Positions 16,513 through 27,500 of a stretch of DNA of 55,953 nt are shown here, in pieces. The notes beneath the pieces are model-generated. The model worked only from the letters and a program-made list of their open reading frames with translations, was not told the origin of the DNA and ran no database searches. Location of the stretch: IMG/VR virus record IMGVR_UViG_3300009136_000007, positions 1 to 55,953 of that record, one strand, 5' to 3'. This DNA is from a virus (taxonomy: Duplodnaviria > Caudoviricetes). Each line of letters opens with the position of its first letter. Within the stretch, counting starts at the first letter, position 1. Both the position numbers and the translations under genes were made by a program.

Positions 16513-18918
16513 ATGAAAGTATACACCAATACTAATAGCTCTTTCCCTAGCCAAGTGGTTAGTGATGAAGTTAAAGCAAGCTTAGATTACGGGATTCAAG
16601 TCGCTAGAGCTATCGAAGGAGAGTGGTTTCAAGAGGGTCGTTCTGGAAACAGATATGCTCAAAGCTATAGTAATTTTCACCAACTTAGATTATATGCTAG
16701 AGGTGAACAATCAATAGCTAAATATAAAGACGAGTTATCAATAAATGGAGATTTATCTTATCTAAACTTAGACTGGAAGCCCGTACCAGTTATACCTAAG
16801 TTTGTAGATATTGTTGTCAACGGAATGTCTAACAAGTCATACGATATTCAAACGGTTGCTCAAGATCCTTTTTCTGTAGAACAAAAATCAAAATACGCTA
16901 AAGCTGTTTCTAGAGATGTCAATATGAGACAAACTTTAGAAAACTTCAAGAGTGATCTTGGATTAGATCTATATAATGTTTCAAACCCTAGCGATTTACC
17001 TGCTAGTCAAGAAGAACTAGATCTTTACATGCAGATGAGTTATAAGCAAACTGTTGAGATAGCAGAAGAAGAACTTATAGACAATACGTTGGCTGTAAAT
17101 AAATATGAGCAAACTAAAAAGAGATTAGCTTACGATTTAACTGTTTTAGGGATATGTTCTACTAAAACAAATTTTAATAAAGCCGAAGGTATCAAGGTTG
17201 AATATGTTGATCCAGCTTACATGGTTTATTCGTATACTGAAGATCCAAACTTTGAAGATATTTATTATGTCGGAGAAGTTAAATCAATAACTATTGCTGA
17301 ACTAAAGAAACAGTTTCCAGATATATCCGATGAAGAACTTCAGAAAATACAATCAATGCCTGGTAATTCTCAGTACGTAACAGGCTGGGGTAATTACGAT
17401 TCAAACACTGTGCAGGTAATGTACTTCGAATATAAAACGTATCAAGATCAAGTTTTTAAAATTAAAAGAACAGAGAATGGTTTAGAGAAAGCTATACAAA
17501 AAACAAGTGATTTCAACCCTCCAGTTAACGACAATTTTGAAAGAGTTTCAAGAACTATAGAGGTCTTATATACCGGAGCCAAAGTGCTAGGTAACAATCA
17601 TATGTTAGAGTGGAAGCTGGCGGAGAACATGACGAGACCAATTGCAGATTCTACTAAAGTAGAAATGAACTACTGTATTTCAGCTCCTAGAATGTATAAA
17701 GGTAGAATTGAGTCTATTGTAAGCAGAATAACTGGCTTTGCTGATATGATTCAGTTAACCCACTTAAAACTTCAACAAGTAATGTCTAGGATAGTGCCAG
17801 ATGGTGTTTTCTTAGATATGGACGGTTTAGCTGAGGTTGATCTAGGTAATGGGACAAACTATAATCCAGCAGAAGCGCTTAACATGTATTTCCAAACAGG
17901 TAGCGTTGTTGGTAGATCTTTAACTCAAGAAGGAGGTATGAATGCTGGTAAAGTACCAGTACAAGAATTAGCTTCTTCATCTGGCCAAGGTAAAATACAA
18001 AGTTTAATTGGTACATATGAGTATTACTTAAAAATGATTAGAGACGTAACTGGTCTTAACGAAGCCAGAGATGGTTCTATGCCTGATAAAGATTCTTTAC
18101 TAGGATTACAGAAGTTAGCAGCTAACGCGTCTAACACGGCTACTAGACATATACTGAGTTCTTTATTATATGTAGGTCTTAGAGTTTGTGAAAACATTAG
18201 TTTAAAAGCGGCTGATGTTCTCAAGAACCCTTTGCTTAGAAATTCTTTAGCTAATTCTATAAGCACTTTCAATACTAACACGTTGCAAGAGCTTGTAAGT
18301 CTACAGCTTCATGATTTTGGTATAAGCTTAGAATTAGAGCCTGAAGAGGAAGAAAAAGCTAAATTAGAGCAAAATGTTCAAATGGCTTTACAAACTCAAG
18401 CGATATCTTTATCTGATGCTATTGATATAAGAGAAATAAAAAATACTAAGCTGGCTAATAAATATATAAAGCTTAGACAACAACAAAAACAACAAAGAGA
18501 GCAGGAACAAGCTCAGGCTAATATACAAGCTCAAGCGCAGGCTAACGCTCAAGCTAGTGAAGCTGCTGCTATGGCTGAGGTTCAAAAACAACAAGCTCTT
18601 ACTCAAGAAAAAGTTAGTATAGAGCAAGCTAAATCTCAGTTCGAGATACAGCGTATGCAAACAGAGGCTCAAATAAAAAGAGAGTTGATGGCTGAAGAGT
18701 TTAGCTACCAGTTACAGCTAGCAAAAGCTAGAGCTGACGTAGAGAAAAATAAAGAGTCTGAGATTGAGAATCGCAAGGACGAAAGAACTAGAATACAAGC
18801 TACTCAACAGTCTGAACTTATAGCTCAGAGACAAAACGATGAGCTACCTAAAAACTTTGAATCTGCCGGGTTTGACAACCTCGGTGGTTTTGGACTAGAA
18901 CAGTTCAACCCTAAGTAA
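16513..18918 (+). CDS. Portal protein
   Basis: 801 aa, follows terL; IPKFVDIVVN, DVTGLNEARDG and a Q/A-rich C-terminal helical barrel. Confidence 0.88.
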   Translation: MKVYTNTNSSFPSQVVSDEVKASLDYGIQVARAIEGEWFQEGRSGNRYAQSYSNFHQLRLYARGEQSIAKYKDELSINGDLSYLNLDWKPVPVIPKFVDIVVNGMSNKSYDIQTVAQDPFSVEQKSKYAKAVSRDVNMRQTLENFKSDLGLDLYNVSNPSDLPASQEELDLYMQMSYKQTVEIAEEELIDNTLAVNKYEQTKKRLAYDLTVLGICSTKTNFNKAEGIKVEYVDPAYMVYSYTEDPNFEDIYYVGEVKSITIAELKKQFPDISDEELQKIQSMPGNSQYVTGWGNYDSNTVQVMYFEYKTYQDQVFKIKRTENGLEKAIQKTSDFNPPVNDNFERVSRTIEVLYTGAKVLGNNHMLEWKLAENMTRPIADSTKVEMNYCISAPRMYKGRIESIVSRITGFADMIQLTHLKLQQVMSRIVPDGVFLDMDGLAEVDLGNGTNYNPAEALNMYFQTGSVVGRSLTQEGGMNAGKVPVQELASSSGQGKIQSLIGTYEYYLKMIRDVTGLNEARDGSMPDKDSLLGLQKLAANASNTATRHILSSLLYVGLRVCENISLKAADVLKNPLLRNSLANSISTFNTNTLQELVSLQLHDFGISLELEPEEEEKAKLEQNVQMALQTQAISLSDAIDIREIKNTKLANKYIKLRQQQKQQREQEQAQANIQAQAQANAQASEAAAMAEVQKQQALTQEKVSIEQAKSQFEIQRMQTEAQIKRELMAEEFSYQLQLAKARADVEKNKESEIENRKDERTRIQATQQSELIAQRQNDELPKNFESAGFDNLGGFGLEQFNPK

Positions 18919-18951
18919 GAATAAATTTTAACTATTTAATTATATTATATT

Positions 18952-20157
18952 ATGTCACAAGAAAAGAAAGAGGGAGAGTTCTCTTTAAAAGGTAAAAAAA
19001 CAAAACCTAAAAATTTAGGTGAAAAACAAGATGGACCTATCAAGGTCGATTTATCTACACCAGTAGAGAAAAAAAATGAAGAACAAGAAGTTACCAAAGT
19101 GGTAATTGGTTCAGAAGAAAAACAATCTGAAGAAAATGCCAATACAGAGCAAGAAGCAGCAAACGTGGTTGAAGATCAACGAGCCGGAGCTGTACAAGAA
19201 GTGGGTGAACAAGTATCATCAGGGGAAAGCTCCATTCAAGATGAAAACCCAATTATTCAAGAAATAACAGAAGAAGAAGTAAAAGAAGTTAAGCAAGAAG
19301 TAGAAGAAGCTATTAGAGATAATAAAGTAGCTGGAACTCCTCTTCCTGAAAACATTGAAAAACTTGTTACGTTTATGAACGAGACAGGTGGGACGTTAGA
19401 AGATTACGTTAGACTAAATGCTGATTATTCTAACATAGATAACAATACTTTACTTAAAGAATATTATAGTAAAACAAAGCCTTACTTAGACAGTGAGGAT
19501 GTAAGTCTCTTACTTGAGGATTTTTCATACGATGAAGATCTAGACGAGGAAAGAGACATCCGCAAGAAAAAGCTTGCGTTCAAAGAAGAAGTTGCAAAAG
19601 CCAAGAACTTTCTAGAGCAAACAAAGAGTAAATACTACGACGATATCAAGTTGAGACCGGGCGTAACTCAAGAGCAAAAGAAAGCTACTGACTTTTTCAA
19701 TAGATATAACGAAGAGCAAGGTAAAGCCGAGCAACAACACGAGGCATTTAAAAGCCAAACTAAAAAATTATTCTCAGAAGATTTCAAAGGTTTTGATTTC
19801 AATTTAGGAGAAAAGAAATTTAGATATGGTGTAAAAGATCCTAGTAAGGTTGCAGAAAACCAATCAAACATTAACAATATTGTAGGAAAGTTTCTTGACA
19901 ATGACGGTAATGTTAAAGATCCGACTGGTTATCACAAAGCTATGTACGCCGCTGCTAACGTAGATACTATTGCTAATCATTTTTACGAACAAGGAAAAGC
20001 CGATGCTGTCAAACAAGTAATAGACGGTTCAAAAAATCCAAGTCAAACTGTAAGGCAAGCGCCTCAAACAGGTTTTAAAGATGGTATCAAGGTAAAAGTG
20101 TTAGGTGAAAACACTCTAAGTTCATCGAAACTAAAGATTAAAAAAATAAAAATTTAA
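18952..20157 (+). CDS. Scaffolding protein
   Basis: Acidic disordered N-terminus and helical C-terminus, between portal and capsid genes. Confidence 0.7.
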   Translation: MSQEKKEGEFSLKGKKTKPKNLGEKQDGPIKVDLSTPVEKKNEEQEVTKVVIGSEEKQSEENANTEQEAANVVEDQRAGAVQEVGEQVSSGESSIQDENPIIQEITEEEVKEVKQEVEEAIRDNKVAGTPLPENIEKLVTFMNETGGTLEDYVRLNADYSNIDNNTLLKEYYSKTKPYLDSEDVSLLLEDFSYDEDLDEERDIRKKKLAFKEEVAKAKNFLEQTKSKYYDDIKLRPGVTQEQKKATDFFNRYNEEQGKAEQQHEAFKSQTKKLFSEDFKGFDFNLGEKKFRYGVKDPSKVAENQSNINNIVGKFLDNDGNVKDPTGYHKAMYAAANVDTIANHFYEQGKADAVKQVIDGSKNPSQTVRQAPQTGFKDGIKVKVLGENTLSSSKLKIKKIKI

Positions 20158-20175
20158 CATTTAAAATTATTCAAA

Positions 20176-21600
20176 ATGGCATTAAACAATGCATTCGGTT
20201 CAATTAAGCCGAGTCAAAAACAACAATTATTGTCTGACAACTACTTAAGTTTTACAGACGGATCAGGAAACGATTTTGCACAACAATATCTACCTGAAAT
20301 TTACGAACAAGAAGTAGAGCGTTACGGAAACAGAACTTTGTCTGGATTCTTGCGCATGGTAGGAGCTGAAATGCCTATGACTTCTGATCAAGTAGTATGG
20401 TCTGAGCAAAACAGATTGCACGTTGCTTACAACGATGTAACTGTAGCTACTGCTACCACTTTGACCTTTGTACTAGATGCTGCTAATGGAGCTAACTTTG
20501 TAGGGAATGTAATCTCTAAAAATGATACTATCGTAGTTATGGATCCAGCAACTGGAGTTGAAGTAACCGCTTTGGTAACAAGCAGTGTTGATACATCTGC
20601 TACTTTAGCTACTCTTACTGTGGCTACTTATACTGGAGCTAATCTTGCTGCTACTTTCACCGTTGCTGATACTGGACTTAAGATCTTTGTATACGGTTCT
20701 GAGTACGCTAAAGGAACTGGAGATGCTGACATCAAGTCAATCACTCCTTCTTTTACACAATTCTCTAACTCACCTATCATCATTAAAGACAAATACGCTA
20801 TCTCTGGATCTGACGCTGCTCAGATTGGATGGGTTGAAGTTGCTACTGAAGATGGAACTGGAGGATATTTGTGGTACTTGAAAGCTGAGTCTGAAACTAG
20901 ACTACGTTTTGAGGATTACTTAGAAATGTCTGTAGTAGAAGGAACTCTAGCTGCTACTGGATCTGGAGCTTTGGCTGCTGGTAAAAAAGGTACTGAAGGT
21001 CTTTTTGCTGCTGTAAAATCAAGAGGAAATACTTTCTCTGCGTTTGCACCTGCTGCTGGAGATTTGACTGACTTCGACGCTATTCTTAAGAACTTAGACA
21101 CTCAAGGAGCAATTGAAGAAAACATGTTGTTCGTTAATCGTCAACTTTCTTTAACTATCGATAACATGCTAGGCGGAGTATCTGCTGGAGCTAACGGTGG
21201 TGTTGCTTACGGATTGTTTGAAAACTCTGAAGATATGGCACTTAACCTAGGTTTCTCTGGATTCAGAAGAGGTTCTTATGACTTCTACAAAACTGACTGG
21301 AAATACTTGAACGACGCATCTACTCGTGGAGCTGTTGCTGATTCAGGTATCGAAGGAATCTTAGTACCAGCTGGAACTTCTACAGTTTACGATCAAATTT
21401 TGGGAACTAACATCAGACGTCCATTCTTGCACGTACGATACAGAGCATCTCAAACTGATGACCGTAGAATGAAGTCTTGGTTGACTGGATCTGTTGGAGG
21501 AGCTTACACTTCTGATCTTGACGCAATGGAAGTACACTTCCTATCTGAAAGATGTTTATGTGTTCAAGCTGCAAACAACTTCGTATTATTCACTGACTAA
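20176..21600 (+). CDS. Major capsid protein
   Basis: Position, size and strongly biased high-expression codons (GCT, ACT, TTC); followed by a terminator. Confidence 0.88.
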   Translation: MALNNAFGSIKPSQKQQLLSDNYLSFTDGSGNDFAQQYLPEIYEQEVERYGNRTLSGFLRMVGAEMPMTSDQVVWSEQNRLHVAYNDVTVATATTLTFVLDAANGANFVGNVISKNDTIVVMDPATGVEVTALVTSSVDTSATLATLTVATYTGANLAATFTVADTGLKIFVYGSEYAKGTGDADIKSITPSFTQFSNSPIIIKDKYAISGSDAAQIGWVEVATEDGTGGYLWYLKAESETRLRFEDYLEMSVVEGTLAATGSGALAAGKKGTEGLFAAVKSRGNTFSAFAPAAGDLTDFDAILKNLDTQGAIEENMLFVNRQLSLTIDNMLGGVSAGANGGVAYGLFENSEDMALNLGFSGFRRGSYDFYKTDWKYLNDASTRGAVADSGIEGILVPAGTSTVYDQILGTNIRRPFLHVRYRASQTDDRRMKSWLTGSVGGAYTSDLDAMEVHFLSERCLCVQAANNFVLFTD

Positions 21601-21617
21601 TACAAGAGTAAATTACT

Positions 21618-21662
21618 GTAATTCTTACCCTCGTTATATCAACGGGGGTAATTATTACTTTT
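21618..21662 (+). terminator. Rho-independent terminator after the capsid gene
   Basis: GTAATTCTTACCCTCGTT-ATATC-AACGGGGGTAATTATTAC-TTTT. Confidence 0.8.
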
Positions 21663-21687
21663 ATTAACATTTTTATTATATTATATT

Positions 21688-22515
21688 ATGGCAAATCAAG
21701 CTAAAAAAGCAGTAGCTAAAACCGAGGTTGCACCTCAACCAATTACTACAAAAAAAGTAAAAGTAGAACCAGCTAAACCTAGCTGGGAAATTAAAGATAG
21801 AACCTATATTTTAAAAGGTTCGTTTACTCCACTAACATCAACATTACCATCTAGGCATTCTGCTAGATTCCCTTTATTGTGGTTCGATGAAGAAACTGGA
21901 GAACAAAAAGAATTAAGATATGCTACAAATCAAAACTCACCACTAGTAGAAGAACAAAAGGGTGAATCAACACTTGGGCATGTTATATTTAAAAACGGTA
22001 CTTTATTTGTACCTAAACAAAAACAAAATTTACAGAAACTATTATCTATTTACCACCCAGCCCTAAACAAAAAATACTACGAGTTTAGCAAGGTGGAAAA
22101 AGCTGTTGATGATCTTGTTTATTTAGAAATGGAAATTGAAGCTTTAAACGCGGCTAAGTCTATGGATATTGATCAAGCAGAAGCTATATTAAGAGTAGAA
22201 GTAGGATCTGAAGTATCTAAAATGACTAGTAGAGAAATAAAAAGAGATCTTCTTATGTTCGCTAAGAATAATCCAGATTTATTTATTGATCTAGCTAATG
22301 ATGAAAACGTACAACTAAGAAACTTTGCTATTAAAGCAACGGAATCAGCTATAATTAAGCTGTCTGCAGACCAAAGAACATTTGTTTGGGCTTCTAACGG
22401 AAAGAAACTTATGACTGTACCTTTTGATGAGCACCCATACTCAGCTATGGCGGCTTTCTTTAAGACAGATGAAGGCTTAGAAGTTTTCAAGTCTATAGAG
22501 AAAAAGTTTCTATAA
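21688..22515 (+). CDS. Hypothetical head-assembly/structural-region protein
   Basis: Clean ORF downstream of the capsid gene; no recognisable motif. Confidence 0.7.
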   Translation: MANQAKKAVAKTEVAPQPITTKKVKVEPAKPSWEIKDRTYILKGSFTPLTSTLPSRHSARFPLLWFDEETGEQKELRYATNQNSPLVEEQKGESTLGHVIFKNGTLFVPKQKQNLQKLLSIYHPALNKKYYEFSKVEKAVDDLVYLEMEIEALNAAKSMDIDQAEAILRVEVGSEVSKMTSREIKRDLLMFAKNNPDLFIDLANDENVQLRNFAIKATESAIIKLSADQRTFVWASNGKKLMTVPFDEHPYSAMAAFFKTDEGLEVFKSIEKKFL

Positions 22516-22533
22516 CATGTAATACTAATATAT

Positions 22534-22557
22534 AGGAGATCGCTTCGGCGGTCTTCT
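22534..22557 (+). promoter_or_regulatory. cUUCGg tetraloop hairpin (mRNA stability element or weak terminator)
   Basis: AGGAGATCGC-TTCG-GCGGTCTTCT with no U tract. Confidence 0.7.
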
Positions 22558-22583
22558 CTGTATTATAATAAAAAAACTAACAA

Positions 22584-23276
22584 ATGGCAATAAGTGTAGA
22601 CACGGTTTATAAAACAGTCTTATTAATACTAAATAAAGAACAACGAGGCTATATGACGCCTGACGAGTTCAATAAGATAGCTACTCAAGTTCAGCTTGAA
22701 ACTTTTGAAAACTACTTTGAAAGTTTAAACCAACAACTTAGAGTGCCAGATAACGATAGCGAGTATGCTGATCGTATAAAAAATATTGATGAAAAAATAG
22801 CTATATTCAAAAAATATGCAACAGCTAGTTATTCAACAGACCACTTCACATTACCGACAGAACTATATAGATTAGGTACTGTTATTTATAAAGATGAAAT
22901 AGAAGCTCAGTTAATTCAAAGAAACGATCTTCTGTATGTTAACCAATCACCTTTAACCAAACCCACTGAGCAATACCCGTTATATTTATACGAGGACAAC
23001 AAGCTTTACTTGAAGCCCAACGATATACAAGCTAATATCAGTGTGTCTTACGTTAAGAAGCCAGCTGATGTTATTTGGAATTTTGAAATTCCAGCAGGTC
23101 AAAACTACTACCAATACATAGTTAGTGGTTCTCAAGACTTCGAACTAGATGTATCAGAACAACCTGAGGTTATAATAAAGATATTATTATATGCTGGAGT
23201 AGTCGTGAAAGATTACAACCTAGTAAATCTAGCTGCTCAACAAATACAAGCAGAACAAATAAATCAAAAAAGCTAA
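22584..23276 (+). CDS. Head-tail adaptor / tail ring protein
   Basis: LNKEQRGYMTPDEFN and YVKKP motifs; position after the head genes. Confidence 0.7.
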   Translation: MAISVDTVYKTVLLILNKEQRGYMTPDEFNKIATQVQLETFENYFESLNQQLRVPDNDSEYADRIKNIDEKIAIFKKYATASYSTDHFTLPTELYRLGTVIYKDEIEAQLIQRNDLLYVNQSPLTKPTEQYPLYLYEDNKLYLKPNDIQANISVSYVKKPADVIWNFEIPAGQNYYQYIVSGSQDFELDVSEQPEVIIKILLYAGVVVKDYNLVNLAAQQIQAEQINQKS

Positions 23277-23282
23277 TAAACT

Positions 23283-24506
23283 ATGCCTACACCTAATGGA
23301 GGTTTAATAACCGAAAATAATCGTCAGTACTACGCGGGAGCGCAAAGCTTTTTATCTACCGCTAACCAGACAGTATTTGGACCAACAACATTTGATACAA
23401 ATTTAGTTTTTGGTAGCTATAACCCTGTAGAGCCTAACTACTCTTTAAACAATTATAAACTATACACTGCTGCCCCTGGAGATCTCGTGTACACAGAGTA
23501 CACAGCTAACTATAGTATCACTGATAATAAAATAACCTTCGCTACTGGTCTAGCTTTAAATACAGCTGTAGCTGTTCAACTAAAGTCACAAACAGGTGGT
23601 AGCTACGGAAACAAAGATGCGGTTGGAAATACTGTTGAGGAAAACTGGGGATCTTATTCTTATACTAAGCTAAACGACGTTATTAGTAACTTCATGGTTG
23701 CATACGTTGGAACTGGTAAAATAATATCTGACGTAAAAAGAACAGATGTTGTTTTCTTTGCTAAAAGAGCAATGCAAGAGTTTAGCTATGACACACTAAA
23801 AAGCGTTAAGTCGCAAGAATTAAGTATACCACCTAGTTTAAGTGTGCCTATGCCACAAGACTACGTTAATTATGTTAACATGTCTTGGATAGACCGCTCT
23901 GGTATTAAGCATATTATATACCCAACAACGTTAACAAGTAACCCAACAGCTATACCATTACAGGACAGCAGTGGTGTACCAACTCAAGATAACTTTAACG
24001 ATAACACTCAGGGTACCTCTATTACAGAGGAAAGATGGGACACTAACGGAATCGGGGTAATAAACAATCAACTACAAGATGGATCACCTGTGTGGGCTAA
24101 TATATATGGTGGAGGTTTTGGTCAAGGTTTTGCTTGGCAAAATGGCTTCTACGGAATACAACCAGAGGTTAGTCAGATAAATGGTTGGTTTACTATAAAT
24201 GAAAGAGAAAATACTTTTTCTTTTTCAAACGATCTAGTTGACCGTATAATCATTTTAGAGTACATTTCTGATGGTTTAGCTTATGACTTAGATACTAGAG
24301 TCCCTAAGATGGCTGAAGAAGCTATGTATGCTTATATTTTACACGCTATAGTTTCTACTAGAGCTAATCAACCAGAGTACTTAGTACAAAGACTACGTCA
24401 AGAAAAAAGTGCTAAATTAAGAAATGCTAAAATAAGATTATCAAACATTAAACTTGACGAGTTTGTGCAAGTTATGAGAGGTAAATCTAAATGGATAAAA
24501 CACTAG
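23283..24506 (+). CDS. Tail ring/tubular protein
   Basis: MPQDYVNYV and ILEYISDG motifs; position in the tail module. Confidence 0.7.
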   Translation: MPTPNGGLITENNRQYYAGAQSFLSTANQTVFGPTTFDTNLVFGSYNPVEPNYSLNNYKLYTAAPGDLVYTEYTANYSITDNKITFATGLALNTAVAVQLKSQTGGSYGNKDAVGNTVEENWGSYSYTKLNDVISNFMVAYVGTGKIISDVKRTDVVFFAKRAMQEFSYDTLKSVKSQELSIPPSLSVPMPQDYVNYVNMSWIDRSGIKHIIYPTTLTSNPTAIPLQDSSGVPTQDNFNDNTQGTSITEERWDTNGIGVINNQLQDGSPVWANIYGGGFGQGFAWQNGFYGIQPEVSQINGWFTINERENTFSFSNDLVDRIIILEYISDGLAYDLDTRVPKMAEEAMYAYILHAIVSTRANQPEYLVQRLRQEKSAKLRNAKIRLSNIKLDEFVQVMRGKSKWIKH

Positions 24507-24512
24507 AATTAA

Positions 24513-27500
24513 ATGGCTGAGATTAAAAATACTTTTCTAAAGTCTAAGATGAATAAAGACTTAGATGATAGACTTATACCTAATGGTGAGTATCGCGACG
24601 CACAGAATATATCTGTAGGCAAATCAGAGGACGCTGATGTTGGTGCTTTGGAAAACATGATAGGTAATGCTAGTGTAACTAGTATTTTACCTTACGACTC
24701 TAGCTGTGAAATTATAGGTTATTTTTCTGACGCTAGAAATAACAGGATAATAACATTTGTAACTAATTACACTGATCAAGATCCAGCTAGCCCAACGTAT
24801 GTTTCAGACTTTAACACGGCTAATCCTAGTCCACTTAAAGAGTGTCACATATGTGTTTACGACCAAAATAATCCTAATTACCAAAAAGTAGTGAGTGGTG
24901 AGTTTTTGAATTTTTCTACCACTAATAAAGTTTTAGGAGTTAGTCTAATAGAAAATTTGCTGTTTTTTACTGACGATAGAAATCAACCTAGAAAAATAAA
25001 CATTAATACAGCTATAGATAATACTAGTTATTACACTACGGAAGATACTATATCCGTAGCTAAGTATAATCCATATGAGCCTATAAGTTTACTTAAAAAG
25101 GTTGAACAAGAAACAACTGCGGCGTCTTCAGGTGTTGATTCTCTAACTCTGGATGATGCTAGTAATGTTGAAGTGGGAATGATTGTTGTAGCAAAAAACT
25201 TAGATCAAACAGCAGCTATTTCAGGTTCAGACTTTGTCACTGTTGGAGGTAAATCAGGTAACACGGTTACACTAGTCACTCAAGTCGGGGCTACAACCGT
25301 ACCAGTGCAGTATCTTGCTACAGTTAGTGATAATGCTAATGTTACTTTCTTAAAATCTACAATGACTAAAGAAGACCCCTCGACTGGTTGGCCAGGTGAT
25401 CCTGATCTGCTAGAAGAGGAGTATGTAAGGTTTTCTTATAGGTTTAAGTTTGATGACGGTGAGTATTCTATAATGGCACCGTTTACTCAAATAGCATATG
25501 TACCAAAACAAAAAGGTTATTTTCACGAAGGAGACGAAGAAACTGCTTTTAAGTCTACTATTTTAGACTTCATGGAGAATGAAATGAATAACATGGAGCT
25601 ATTGATACCTTTACCATCTAAAGGAGTGGACATAGAGTCTGAATATAAAATAACGTCTATAGATGTATTATACAAGGAATCAGATTCTTTAATTGTTAAA
25701 GTGTTAGAGAGTTTAACTATAGGATCTATACCTTCCGCAAGTTTACAAACTAGCACATACTCTTATCAATATCAATCAAGAAAACCATACAAAACACTAC
25801 CTCAATCTGAGATAATTAGAGTTTACGACAAGGTTCCTATTAGAGCTTTGTCTCAAGAAACTACCGGTAATAGAGTGATGTATGGTAACTTCTACGACAG
25901 ATATTCATCACCGGACTCTATAGATTACTACGTTGGGGCTTTTGCTAGAAACACTAACAACTTCGATTCTTGGGTTGAATACCCAAACCATAATATTAAA
26001 CAGAATAGAAACTACCAAGTAGGTTTTATTTTAGCTGATAAATTTGGTAGACAAACACCTGTTATATTATCACCAGTAGATTTGACTGGTTTAGATGCTG
26101 GTACATTGGAGTTTAAAGGTGGTTCAACTGTCTACAGACCCTACTATGACGGAAGTACTCAACCCAATATTCAACAATGGTTTGGAGATGCTATCCAGGT
26201 AGTTATTAGAAATAAAATATCAAGTGGATTAAACGATAAAAATACTTTAAGCGAAGCTGGTTTATATGCTATTCAATACCAAGATCCTACTTTTTCAGGA
26301 ATTGGTTTTTCTATAGATTCAGCATCATTTACTAATAGCTCTCAAACCCAGTTGCTGTTCACGTTAGACGCTACATACCCTAACAACGCTAGTGTGCCTA
26401 GAGTTGGAGATTACCTAAGAGGTGAATACAGAGACTATGTAAAAGTTACATCGATATCACTATTAGCTGGTAATTACACAGTAGATGCTGATGGAGCTAT
26501 AAACGACTCATACCTATATAAACAATACTTATTAAACGATTTAAAATTTGCTTATACTATAAACCAAATTGGATGGTATTCTTATAAGGTTGTCGTAAAG
26601 CAAACAGAACAAGAATACTACAATGTGTACTCTGCTGGTGCTATGAAAGGTCTTCCATATAATTACGATTCTTTGTCAGTGTCGCCAATTCTTGATGAAG
26701 ATACTTCTTTTATAACTTTACTAGGTGATAACATAAATAAAGTACCTAGAGACTTAACCGAGGTTGGGCCACAGGATAAATCTTTTAGAAGTTCTATAGG
26801 GTTATATGGAAGAGTTCAAAATCATAATGGAAATAATAGTCAGTTTTTTCCAGGTAGAACAACTTTTAACACTACATCAATAGAGGACTTGTTCACGTTG
26901 TTCGATATCAGTAATTTTACAAATAGTTTCAATAACCCTATACCTATAACAAACCCGCTTAATGCTTTTCATGGTTTCTTCAAGTCTGAATCGGATCCTT
27001 TCGTAGCCGAAATAAGTACCTCTAAAGACTCTAATTTACAGTTTGGTGCTAATAACAGTGTTTCAACACAAGCGGGTGGGGCTAACGTTAACGGTAATAG
27101 CGTAACAAATTCAATAACTTTACCAGTCGATACCGTTACTGGTGTCATAGAAATAGGTAGTGTTATAACTACTATTGCAGGTGTTCCGCAGACCGGAACA
27201 GTTGACTACGTTGTTGTTAATACTACAGGTGATTCTAGTCCTACCTTAACGCTTAATAGAGAGATAACATTATCAAACAACGATCCTCTAGTGTTTTCAT
27301 TAGATACATACAAAGATATTGCTACTTTAGCTGTTTTAGAAACACCACCCGTTGAATCCTTGTTGGATATATTTTGGGAAACTACAACTACTGGTTTAAT
27401 CTCTGATCTAAATGAAGATATATTAACTGGATCTGATGCTCCAGTAGGTTTAACTAGTTTAGGTTTTATTTATAAAGAAAATCAAAACCCAAACGGTACT

